In this document: positions 52,906 through 64,000 of the stretch, in pieces | How the letters are laid out: every line of letters begins with the position of its first letter | Numbering within the stretch: position 1 is the first letter of the stretch | Assembly: GCF_006345805.1 (NCBI RefSeq) | Contig: NC_043008.1 | Location: 23,808,001-23,872,000 of the forward strand | From: Octopus sinensis | Lineage: Eukaryota | Reading direction: 5' to 3' | Length of the DNA stretch: 64,000 nt | Position numbers and translations under genes: made by a program | The notes under the pieces: generated by a model | What the model was told of the DNA's origin: nothing | Seen by the model: the letters and a program-made list of their open reading frames with translations, nothing else | Database searches by the model: none

Positions 52906-55146
52906 TATAATAATGTATAAAACACTAACATCTGTCCTGACGGGATATACCTATAGTTTTTTGACAGACAGCTGCATATTCCCTAATGAACAGAAAGGAT
53001 GTAAACGTGGGTCCTACGGTTGTAAAGATCAACTACTCATGAATAAGATGATCTTAGAAGATTGTCACAAACGACACAAAAAGTTATCAATAGCCTGGAT
53101 AGACTATAAAAAGGCTTTTGATAGCCTACCACATAGCTGGATTAAGAAATGCCTAGAAATGTATAAGATAGCACCTACTCTGCGAAACTTTTTGTCTGTA
53201 AGTATGAGATCATGGAGAACCACACTAATTTTGAACAGCGACAATGAATCTCTAAATGCTGGTGATGTAAAAATTTCATGTGGCATTTTCCAGGGGGACT
53301 CACTATCACCACTCCTCTTCTGTTTAGCCTTAATACCTCTCTCAAAACTGCTCAATGACTCGCAGTACGGATATAAAATGTTTGATAAAAATATAAATCA
53401 TCTCATTTACATGGATGATTTAAAGCTCTTTGCAAAAAATGACCAACAACTCAAGGGCTTACTAATGATAGTCAAACAATTCAGTGATGACATCAGAATG
53501 CAATTTGGCCTCGATAAATGTGCAAAAGCTACCTTTATCAAAGGAAAAATGATAGAAACATCTAACGTTAACCTTGACCAGCAGAATGTCATAAAAGAAT
53601 TAAACCCAGCGGAGAACTACAAGTATCTAGGGGTAATTGAAGGAGACGGAATAAGGCATTCAGAGATGAAGGAAAGGATCAAGAGAGAATGTTATCGCAG
53701 AGTAAGAGCAATACTCAAGATAGAGCTGAATGCGAGAAACAGGATCGAAGCGATCAATGCATTAGCCATACCAGTCGTGACTTATAGTTTCAATATCGTT
53801 AACTGGTCAATTACTGAAATATGTAATCTTGACAGAAAAATACGAAAACTGTTGACAATGCATAGAATGCACCACCCTAAGGCAGATACAGAACGACTTT
53901 ATCTGCCAAGAAAAGAGGGAGGCCGTGGACTTTTACAACTGGCAATAACAATGAAGATTGCTACAATTGGCCTAGACACCTACCTGAAAAACTCTGAGGA
54001 CTGGATTTTAAAACTTGTCTCAAAACATGAAAACAAGAAAGCATCATACTCGGTAACAAAACAGGCAAAGGAATATCTAAGTGAATTCCGAATACAACAA
54101 ATTTCGGAATTAGAGATAGGCATACAAGAAACAAGCACAGAAAAAGCTAAGCGCATGAAAACCCGTGCTAAAACTGCGGCCTTAGATATTCTGAATGATA
54201 AATGGCAAGAAAAACCTCTCTATGGCAAATACCCAAAGAGAGCGAATAATGCAGATGTTGACAAAGCCCTGACCCATCAATGGCTAATGGCCTCTGGCTA
54301 AAAATCTGAAACAGAGGGGTTTATCATAGCAGCTCAAGATCAATGCCTACCAACAAGAAACTACCAGGCCAACGTATTAAAGATCGGCAGCAGTCCAACG
54401 TCTCGTGTATGCCAGCAACAAAATGAAATCATTGATCATGTGGTCTCCAAGTACAGTCTTCTAGCGCCTACAGAGTATCTCAACAGGCATGATAGAGCTG
54501 CACAATATATTCACTGGGTAATCTGCAAAGACCTGGATTTGCCCCACGAAAAAAACTAGTGGGAACACAAACCACCTCCAGTGCTTGAAAATGACCACAT
54601 CTCACTCCTCTGGAACTTCACCATTCAAACTGACAGAAAGATAGATGCAAATAGGCCAGACATCATATTGAAATACTTCAAACAAAGAACATGCCTCCTC
54701 ATTGATATGACTGTCCCAATCGATATAAACGTATCTGTCAAGACCTACCAAAAACTGACCAAATATAAAGATCTTGAAATAGAAATTAGCAAAATGTGGA
54801 ATCTGAAGACTAAAATAATACCTGTTGTCATAGGTGCCCTGGGAATGATAGCAAAAGGGGCTGATAGCTACCTAACTCAGATACCAGGAAACCCAAAAAT
54901 GGCAGAAATTCAAAAGATAGTGCTCATGGGAACTGCTCATATCCTACGCAAAATACTTTCTATGTAATCTCAAGGTTTAAAACAAACATTGTTTTTTTAG
55001 ACATCCACCAGTACAACACAAAAAAAACGACCAAATATATGGCACACTAGGCATAACAACAACGTGAACTTCCAACCTGTTGTCTCTTGAGGTCTCCGGG
55101 TGAGACTTGGAGCCAACTTGTACAAATATAAAGCAAAAGTCAAACG
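52906..55146 (+). mobile_element. R4/Dong-like element (copy G), 5'-truncated, young, bounded by (TAA)n on both sides
   Basis: One frame 52913-54967 with two stops carries AWIDYKKAFDSL, GIFQGDSLSPLLF, YMDDLKLF, NRPDIILK and IDMTVP. (TAA)n lies at 52839-52903 and 55149-55208. Confidence 0.95.
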
Positions 55147-55209
<63 letters not shown>

Positions 55210-55269
55210 GTTTACGGCCATATCACTGTTTACGGCCATATTACATGTTTATGGCCATATCACTTTGAA
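55210..55269 (+). pseudogene. Three tandem copies of the 5S rRNA 5' end
   Basis: GTTTACGGCCATATCACT | GTTTACGGCCATATTACAT | GTTTATGGCCATATCACTTTGAA. Confidence 0.85.
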
Positions 55270-55496
55270 GTTAATTGCTGTGTGGGCGTATAGTTAACTA
55301 AAAAAACCTTCTTTAGAAAACATCAAGAATTTCAATAAAAACAAGTTGACATCATCCATACTACTATTCCTTAATGAATACAACAGAGCAAGTCCTAGAA
55401 ATGCAATTATAAATTTTACAGAAGAAAGACAGAAACAACATCTGGTCTTTCAATTAAAATCTTTATGTGTGTGTATGTATATATATATATATATGT

Positions 55497-55537
<41 letters not shown>

Positions 55538-55581
55538 CGTGTGTGTGTGTGTGTGTATAGATATATATGTTTGTGTAACTA

Positions 55582-55648
55582 TAAAGTAAAATCGAGCCTA
55601 GTTAGTTCTTAGATGGGTGACCGCTTGGGAATCCTAGGTGCTGTAAAC
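55582..55648 (+). pseudogene. 3' half of a 5S rRNA copy
   Basis: TCGAGCCTAGTTAGTTCTTAGATGGGTGACCGCTTGGGAATCCTAGGTGCTGTAAAC. Confidence 0.85.
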
Positions 55649-55653
55649 GTCTA

Positions 55654-55771
55654 GTTTACGGCCATATCACTTTGAAAACATCGTTTTTCGTCCGATCACC
55701 GAAGTTAAGCAAAGTCGAGTTTAGTTAGTACTTAGATGGGTGGCCGCTTGGGAAACCTAGGTGCTGTAAAC
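55654..55771 (+). rRNA. Full-length (118 nt) 5S rRNA-like copy, probably a retroposed pseudogene or SINE head
   Basis: Metazoan 5S motifs CGGCCATATCAC, CGTCCGATCACCGAAGTTAAGC and GTTAGTACTTAGATGGGTG. Helix I (GTTTACGGC/GCTGTAAAC) and helix II (ACTTTG/CAAAGT) pair. No T-run Pol III terminator follows. Confidence 0.85.
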
Positions 55772-56300
55772 GTCTAAAGCCCTGATGCAGTACCAGGCAG
55801 TGACTCTCATGGCTTCTGATCTTAACTGATTGGAAGTGTTATCATGTACATTGTTTTGTCTTGGTATAAAAGATGGGCTACAGCAAATATTCTGCTCAAT
55901 ACCACAGATTTGCTTGTCAGTTGTTTGACCTTAACCTTAGTGGATGACGATATGTGCATCTCTGATCACAAGCAGAAGTGGGTGGGGAGCATCATTGCCA
56001 TGTGGAAACATGGGCCTCTGGAAACATGGGCGTTTCGTTGAACATCCTTAAACAACCCTTATTCAGGGACCTTCTGAAGGGGATGGGCTCCTCGACCAGA
56101 AGAAAATTCTAACTGGGCAAGGTCATGTGCTGTTTATCTTGATATGAGATCACCATGTCGCGCACATAAGTTTGTGATGCATGTGCCTAGTGTACTCTTA
56201 TCAGACGGGTAGTCATGATGGGTATACTGGGCTTCGTATATTTTACCCCAGTGTCACTTTGATGGCATGCACTGCTCTCTCACTCAATAATAATAATAAT
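55772..56300 (+). mobile_element. Probable non-coding 3' segment of a retroelement, ending in an (AAT)5 tail
   Basis: A moderately GC-rich ~515-bp segment ending CACTC(AAT)5, the same tail type as the Dong-like copies. The LINE origin is inferred. Confidence 0.5.
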
Positions 56301-57033
56301 GTTTGCTGGAAGCAATTTAAAACCAAAAAAGAAATAATTCATCTTCACTAAAAGTGACCCTATTAATTTAATGCAGCTCACTGTCCAAATAGAACATGTG
56401 ACCTTTCGTGCCCAAGGAATCTCTGACTTCTATTTCTAGCAATGCTAGTACTCATTTCATCCTAGGTCACTTTTGGTGACGGTGGTTATTTCCGTTTTGG
56501 TTTTAAATTGCTTCCAGATACCTGAATCAGGTTGACAGCGTTGATTTCAGCCTCACCGCCCGTGATGGAGCAAGTATTACTGACGAGAATTAATTCCTTA
56601 TACGAAATTTGCATGTTAATCTAATGCAGCTTGCTCACAGTGGAGAGATATTGTCTCCCCTGTCAGTCCAAATAGAACATGTAACTTTTAGTGGCTAAGG
56701 AGTCTTTGACTTCTATTTCTAGCAATGCTGGTACTCATTGCGCCGTAGGTCACCTTTAGTGACAGTGACATTTCCGTATGTATATTATATAAAAACTCAG
56801 TTTCTACGTTTTCCTGCTATTTGATTAAGATGATAAAGATTATAAATAAAATAGTCAATTCCTCCTTTAAGAAAAAAAATCAAGTTTCAAAGAGTTGTCG
56901 TAGCTACGCCGTCCGTCCGCTTTTGCTTACTTTTACTTTAAATCCCTTTTATTTTTAAATCTCTGAGCGAGAAGTAGTAACAGGACTGCCAATTTACGTT
57001 GGCAAATAGATTTTACTCTCTCTCTCTCGCCCC

Positions 57034-57065
<32 letters not shown>

Positions 57066-57699
57066 TCATATACACACATTCATACACATGAATATCTATA
57101 TACACGTATGCGTACACACATACATCTATATATACAGATGCGTACACACATATACATATACACACACATATATGTACATATATATACACATGTATACACA
57201 TACATACACATACACACACACACATATATATATATACATCACTAATTGTTCTATATATGTGTGTGTAAGCGCGCGTGCGTGCGGGCGTGTGGGTGTGTGT
57301 GTTTCGGATTTATTTTAAGTTTCTTCCTTTGAAGAATTCAAGCTCGTCGCTAGGAAGACTCTTGGTTTAGTTAAGATAGTTTTTGGAGATTGTGGTTACC
57401 TGAATTGCTTGATATATGCCTGTATACGTGCGTGTTTTGCTCAAGTATGAGCGTGTGGATAAACTTACACTCGTGGGTGTGGATGTCTTAACAGAACACA
57501 AGTATGTATATGTTATGTATTTTATATTTGGCTGTGTGTATATGTTTTATGAAGATGCCTCCAATGAAGGATTCCCGAAACGTTAACAAATGTTCACTGT
57601 TCCTCTGACCGAATGTATCTGGAAAAAAGGAATCAGTCTAGTCTATTTTTTTGAGAACCCTATCATTTCTGAGTTTCTATGCTGATTAGTTGTTTCATA

Positions 57700-58640
57700 G
57701 ACTATTGCACCTATGAACAATAGGAATTCTTTTGCCTGGATAAAAGAGTAGTGAGTTTTTCATTAATTCTCCGTAAATGCTCTCATTTTCCGCAGTCATA
57801 TTTGCTGGGCAGCTGATCTCTGTTGCATGATTTTTGGTCCCTGTCCCACATCTGGCTTCTTGTTCTGAGGTCAGGTTGCTGTTCTAACGGAATGCTCCTT
57901 CAGTATTTTTATTTTATTTTTAAGGTCGTAGCTACTCTCTGGTTCTGATGCCCAAACCGTCTTGACAACAGTGTCATTCCTCATAGGAAGGTAGCGTCTT
58001 GTAAAGATTTTTAGGCAGCAACTGATGAAATGAGTGATATTTTCCACACTGGTTCAGAATAATCGACACAACATGGAGGTTTAGAGACATCCATATCACT
58101 TTTATTGGTTAGGTATTTAGGAGCTGTCTCCTGTTCTCGGATAGCAATGATATAACCTTCTGATGGGATGTAATGTACTTATAGTATGTCTGGGGAAGTT
58201 ACTATTCCTGTAAATGCTGCTAGCATTTTCCAGTCAGTGGAACATAAACCCATGCATAGTTTTCTAATGAGGCCACTCCAGCGACTCTTGATTCACATGG
58301 AACAGTTGTGCCTAGTATTTGTTCAGGAGTTTTCCACCTAGCCTCACAGTGTTATTGCTTTCACTGTAGGGTATGCATGAGATGTATTTATTTCTCTCTT
58401 TATTGTTCAGTAGGTATTGCATTTCACTTAGAGGCCGTCTGGACTGATCTAATCTTTCTACCTCCATCTCCCTGCTTTACATGAATTCTATCAACGTTAC
58501 TTTTGATGTAGAATCTTCCAGTCCATGTCAAGTACATTCTCAGTTTACATGTCGAAGTTGCAGATTACTTCACGTGTCCAGTCTAGAATGCTAAATTTTG
58601 GTACTGGCACTGCGAAAGCATTTTGTTTTATTTTTGTTGT
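57700..58640 (-). mobile_element. R4/Dong-like fragment (copy H), decayed
   Basis: AFAVPVPKFSILDWT...FYIKSNVDRIHVKQGDGGRKIRSVQT, similar to copies A and F. Confidence 0.7.
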
Positions 58641-58939
<299 letters not shown>

Positions 58940-60579
58940 ATATAGATATAGATTTATTGAATGTAAGTAGCTCTGACTTCCATATCTTTCGAAGTCTGCT
59001 GAAGCAATCTCTATCTGACGGTATCATCATATGCAATATTCTTGCAATTGCAAGGTATTAGTTATAAGGGAGAGAGAAAGGCAATTGATATCCATATTCC
59101 TCGCCTAGTCGAAAATAATGGTGTTATACATATTAGAATAAATAGATGTTCATATATTTTCTCGGGAAACGAAGTCATGTTTCTGAATTTCTGGAAGCTG
59201 TACGTGTAATTCTGTTAGAAATGGAAACAAAAGAAGATAGTCATAATAAAATTACATTATGTTCATACTTATGAAGCAAAGAAGCAGCATAAGCATTTAT
59301 GCGACTAAGGACTAGTGCCTATGAAAGAAATCGATAATGTTAAGAGATATTATTTCCAGTGGAGTAAGTCAAACAAAAACAATTTTAAGTAATTTTGAAG
59401 TCTGAAAGGTCATTGGATGAAGTTTGGGCTTTTTAACATTTCGTGGATGAGATACTACAAAACTAAAGCAGAGTCTAGAACATTCCTTCCTTACCCCACC
59501 TCTCGAATGCCATTGCCTTCCATTATGTGTTCGTTTCGTTGGTCTATTTCATTTACAATGTTTATATTTCTACTTTCGGGAATAATGGTTGAAAGACTTG
59601 GTTTTATATTTTTTTTTACTTTGTTATGTTTTTGTTAACAATTTGTTTTGCTTGCTTTCTTGTTGCAATAAAAAACATACTTGGTTAATGTAAGAAAGTC
59701 AACTGGAGAAATACAAGATTTTCATCGAAAATGTCACTAACACTTACAATTAGGTCAAAGAGTAACATGGCAACAACTTTTCGGTGTCTACAAATGCACA
59801 CAGTCCAAAAAGTAATGTCCTTCATTTAAACAATTCACTTTTACGAACTTCGACTAAAATATTCTTACGCAATGAATGTAATTCTCACGCAAGTTATTTA
59901 TCAAGTCATTTGCTTTCCATTTCTTATTGCAGTTGAGTTTTGTTATGGTTTCTAGATTTTTAAAAAGATTCATTGATTTGATTTGATCTTAAAAGTAGCT
60001 TTGAATTTAGGTCAATTACGGAAAAACTGTGACAACTAAAATCTTACAATCTTGCAAGTTTACAAATTTACTGGGGAAAAAAAATTATAAAGAGACTTTT
60101 ATATCCATGTATTAGCTGTAAAAATGCATTGAATTAAATTTCATTGCGAGTTGAAGAGAGCATGCATGTGCAGCTTACTGGGATTTTTTTTAAATTGTCT
60201 ACCGCCGTCCAATACTACATAGGTCCCTTCATATCCACCATGCTAGATTAGAAGATATTATTAAACCCTTGTTCAACTTGTCTTCATCTCGCGAAAAAAA
60301 TTTAGGTAGTGACTGTCCTTCCATGACCTCTCGGTGCTTCGAACCTGATTATGAGAAAAAAGAATGCAGGAAGGAGAGAGAGAGGGAGAGAGAGACGAAG
60401 ATTGATAAACAGAAGGAGAGAGAGAGGGGGAAAGAGACGAAGATAGACAAACAGAAGGAGAGAGAGGGGAAGAGAGATGGAAGAGAGGAGGAGAGAGAGT
60501 GGGAGAGAGAAAGGGACAGAGAGAAGGAGAGAAAAGGGACAAAGAGGGGAGAGAAAGGGACAGAGAGAAGGAGAAAGGG

Positions 60580-61340
60580 AGAAAGATCAGAATAGTCTTC
60601 CTAACTGGCTTCCCTTTATCCTACATTCCTCTAACACTATTTCTTTACTAAACCCTACTGCTTCTACTCTAATAGCTTGGAAAAGAGCTATCCACCATCG
60701 GATGGTGGGGATTCACCCGACAACTTCTCATGGGCTTATTGTTAACTCAGTCTCTGAATACTTGACTCGACAAAAGATGCGTTCAGGTTACAGTATCTGA
60801 GGCCTTGTCTATGGATCCTATCTATGTTGACTGGACTGTGGTCTGTGTAGCCGACGACTTTGAATTGTGGACAACATACCCTACTTCTATCTGCAGACCT
60901 ACAAAATCTAGATACGATCTGAAAGACCCGATGATATTTTTCCATGTCCACAATGGCACAGTTAGGAAATCGAGTCGGCACCTATCGGTCAATTGGAAGC
61001 GACTAAGCAGGTTTGTGAGGCTTTTATACCCCCTGTCCTATCAAGCTATACCCGACTATCTCGGCGTGCATCCAAGATGGCATTCCAATCGTCCACTAGC
61101 ACTAAAGAGTGAGATATTCTAAGAAACACCTCCAAACATCTGAAGAAATCTGGCTTCCCCGCCCTAGCTGGGGAGTAAACAGCGACTAGTCTAAAAGCAC
61201 TAAATTTACTATTGCTGATATCCCAAACAACCAAATTACCATCCGGTTCCAGGAAGATCGTCCGTACTTGAAGAGTCAGGCCTTTCCTAAACAGCAACAG
61301 CAATCACGCTTCCCAGCCCAGGACGACTAGGAGATACATA
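60580..61340 (-). mobile_element. Tx1/L1-like ORF2 APE-endonuclease fragment
   Basis: FRLVAVYSP...DFFRCLEVFL...LVLVDDWNAILDARRD and TRFPN, parallel to 6280-6600. Confidence 0.75.
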
Positions 61341-61719
61341 GATCACAAAATCGTAAAAAATAGGGTCTATATTGAGTGTGTAAGAAATACTGGTGTAACT
61401 GACAACCTATCTATAGCTAGTGACCTGAGGTTGTTTAGCGGGCGGCCTTGCTTTCAAGGTGACCCCAGGCCATGAACATTTTAAAAATTTACTCTTAAAC
61501 CTGCCATGATGACCACAAAATGTTTGGAAAAGAAACAAGAAAGAAAGGATGTGTACTTAGCCACCTGGTGCTGCTGGAAGTCGGGTAGTTCAACCTCCAT
61601 AATTGGATGGGGTTCCTTTTGAAACCTTCAAACTTACTCGTAGCTCTTACATTAGGTGCTGCCACGTCGTGAGGTAAACTCTCCCTAATGTTTCATATGT
61701 ATCAAGAGGACCCTGCTGG

Positions 61720-63360
61720 TGCAGAAGATCATACCTTCTCTTTCAATGTCATCTCTTCGTGTTATGAGGGCCTCCAATTCTTTGTTGGCCCTCCTCACTA
61801 GCAGGAAGTTTTGTGTTTATGTGGTTGGGTGTAGCTGTTGGGGGTGTGGTTTCTTTTCTCTGGATTATTGCTGTTTTGGTAGTCTTGGTGGCGCTGGTTG
61901 TGACAGTGCTGGATGTGTTGCCAATTGCATTGCTGGAGTTTTTAGTGATTTTGTAGTGTGTTTGTGGCTGGTATGGGTGTGTTTTCTATAATTTTCGGTG
62001 TGTGTGTGCGTGCAGAGTTTTCTTTTGGTTCATTTTCACTGCGTGATGCAGAGATATCTGTATCTGGAAGCTGGATGCGAGACTATCTATGTATTTGAGT
62101 TTAGAGGGGGGGATCGAATAGGGGAATTTTATTGGGAGAGACCCTGTGTGTTTTGTTTCCGCTGTTATTATTTTTTAAAGTCGAAATCAGTGGTGGTGCA
62201 TATACTGCTGGTGTTGTTGGCGTTGTTGCTGTTCCTGGTGTTCTTCAAGAGAATAAAGTGAAGAGTTTAAGACAAGACGTGAGTAGAATAGAAGCCTGGA
62301 AACAGGACAGTTAGGAAATACAAGATTTAAATTTACTCTTGGGAAAAAATACTTAGTCAAAGAGAAAGGATTTGGGATTGTCATGGAAGAGCTGAAACAG
62401 TGTATAGCAGGTAAGCTTTCCAGGTATCACTAAAAAAGTATCAACAGAACAGGTTGTTTGAGGCAGACCAGAGATGTTATCGCCAAATACATAGCGTAGA
62501 AGAAAGGACTCAAGATGAGAACGCTAATGCACAAGAAGCTCGAAAGTTCTGGACTGATATTTGTAATAAACCAAATAATGATAATGGAGATGCAGCATGG
62601 TTAAAGAAAGTAAGGGAGGAAGTTGTCCATGAGAATCAGCCAGATCTAAGACTAACTAGTGCATTAATGAATAAAGTGTTAGGAAGAATGCCTAATTGGA
62701 AGAGTCCAGGACCATCTTCAGTTCAAGAGTACTGGTTAAAGAAGTCTAGCAGCTTAAATGGGAGACTGAAGGAACAATTTCAGGATTGCCTGAATGGAGA
62801 AGTACCTAATTATATGACAAGGAGAACAGTTCTTCTTATGCAAGACAAAATCAAGAGAAATATAGCTAGTAATTATAGACCAATCACTTTCTTACCATTA
62901 GTATGGAGGCTGTTAATAGGAATGCTCTCAGAAAGCATTTATAAGCACCTTCAGAACCAGAATTTACCTCCAGAAGAACAGAAGGTTATAGGAAGAAGGC
63001 TAGAGGAAGGTATGATGTATTATATATATAGAGAGAAAACAATCCCAAATGAAGTGAAATCTAGAAAGAAAAATTTAACAATAGCAAGGATAGCTTATGA
63101 GAAAGCTTATGATATGATTCCACACTCATGGATAAGTAAATATTTGAGAATCTTTAGTATTGCTGATAACACAATTAGCTATAGCATGAAGGAATGGAAA
63201 GTAGATCTCTAACCAGGTGATACAGCCTTAGGGAAAGTTAATCTCAAGAGAGGAATTTTCCAAGGAGACTCGTTATCTCCTTTAGTATTTGTGATAAGGG
63301 TAATCTCCTTCGATTTAATATTAAGAAAGGCAAAGGCAGGGTATCAGTAGAGAGAAGACC
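61720..63360 (+). mobile_element. R4/Dong-like fragment (copy I)
   Basis: QNRLFEADQR, MPNWKSPGP, NYRPITFLPLVW, IAYEKAYDMIPH and RGIFQGDSLSPL. Confidence 0.85.
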
Positions 63361-63689
63361 AAATGCTGCTCAGCATATTGACCGGTGTTATGTATGTCTT
63401 ATGGGAAGAGGGCTCCTTAGCTTTGGCCAGCAACCCTTCAAGTGACTGTATCTCAAGTAAAACACCACAGCTCTCTCTACGTGTGGAAGTATCAGATAAA
63501 AATATATCGAACAATTGCGTGAATGAGGTTGGAACTGGTAACGGTGAAGGTTATGCACTCATTTACTTGTTTTTCTATCTTCGATTGCATTGTTTACATA
63601 GGCGTATTCGTATACGAAACGACTTCATAGAGATAATGAGACCTCGCACGTCTAACATAAAAGTAAGGCACAATATTGACTCGTAAACC

Positions 63690-64000
63690 TTTAATATACT
63701 TGGTAGTATATTATGGTTGCAAAACGAAATACTGTGTCCTTGCTGGCAATTTATAAATTACAGGCTATTAAATGTGATACGAGTAATAAAGAAGACTAGC
63801 TGTTGGATGGATAAATTACAGGAAAGTTTACGAGAATGTTCCACGCAGCTAGCTCTTGGAGTGTCTGATAAAGAACATTTTGGATAAAGTAATGAGATTG
63901 TGGGAAGTAGAACTTACATGCAAATACGCAGGGACATTTTCCAGAGACTCTTGCTCTCTCCGTTACTCCTCGTCATTGCGCTAATACCTCTGACAAATAT
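63690..64000 (+). mobile_element. R4/Dong-like RT fragment (copy J), running off the window end
   Basis: A decayed GHFPETLALS / GIFQ.DS.SPLLLVIALIPLT-like stretch at 63930-64000. Confidence 0.5.

Noticed and set aside
1644-54560. Several premature stops at Trp codons (TGG to TGA/TAG) in different elements
   Set aside because: TGG is one transition away from two stop codons, and the few cases do not show deaminase hypermutation or readthrough.
55654-55771. Functional 5S rRNA gene
   Set aside because: There is no oligo-T terminator, the upstream neighbour is another 5S end only 5 nt away, and helix-disrupting changes occur (GAGTTTAG versus GAGCCTAG in the adjacent copy).

Overview
Eukaryotic, AT-rich, repeat-saturated window. 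I found no supportable host protein-coding gene. The tRNA-derived SINEs, very dense microsatellites and mollusc-type 5S sequence suggest a coleoid cephalopod such as octopus (inference, not checked by search). The window is mostly decayed mobile elements. (1) About ten R4/Dong-like RLE non-LTR retrotransposon copies, several bordered by (TAA)n, including four same-strand head-to-tail copies at ~22.9-39.4 kb. (2) One HERO-like RLE element. (3) Tx1/L1-like and CR1-like LINE remnants. (4) Four Penelope-like (GIY-YIG) remnants of three apparent types. (5) DNA transposons: a complete DD34D mariner, a DD37D maT with a nested Penelope element, a truncated mariner and an internally deleted transposon of uncertain family. 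The best second-look signals are three minus-strand minimal hammerhead ribozyme folds, each with a different 3-8 core pair (C3-G8, U3-A8, G3-C8). The next best is a 5S rRNA-headed, (AAT)n-tailed retro-insert inside a TAA microsatellite, with a stuttered 5S head and a ~300-bp insertion copied from 3.3 kb upstream. All family names come from motifs read by eye; no alignments or database searches were run.
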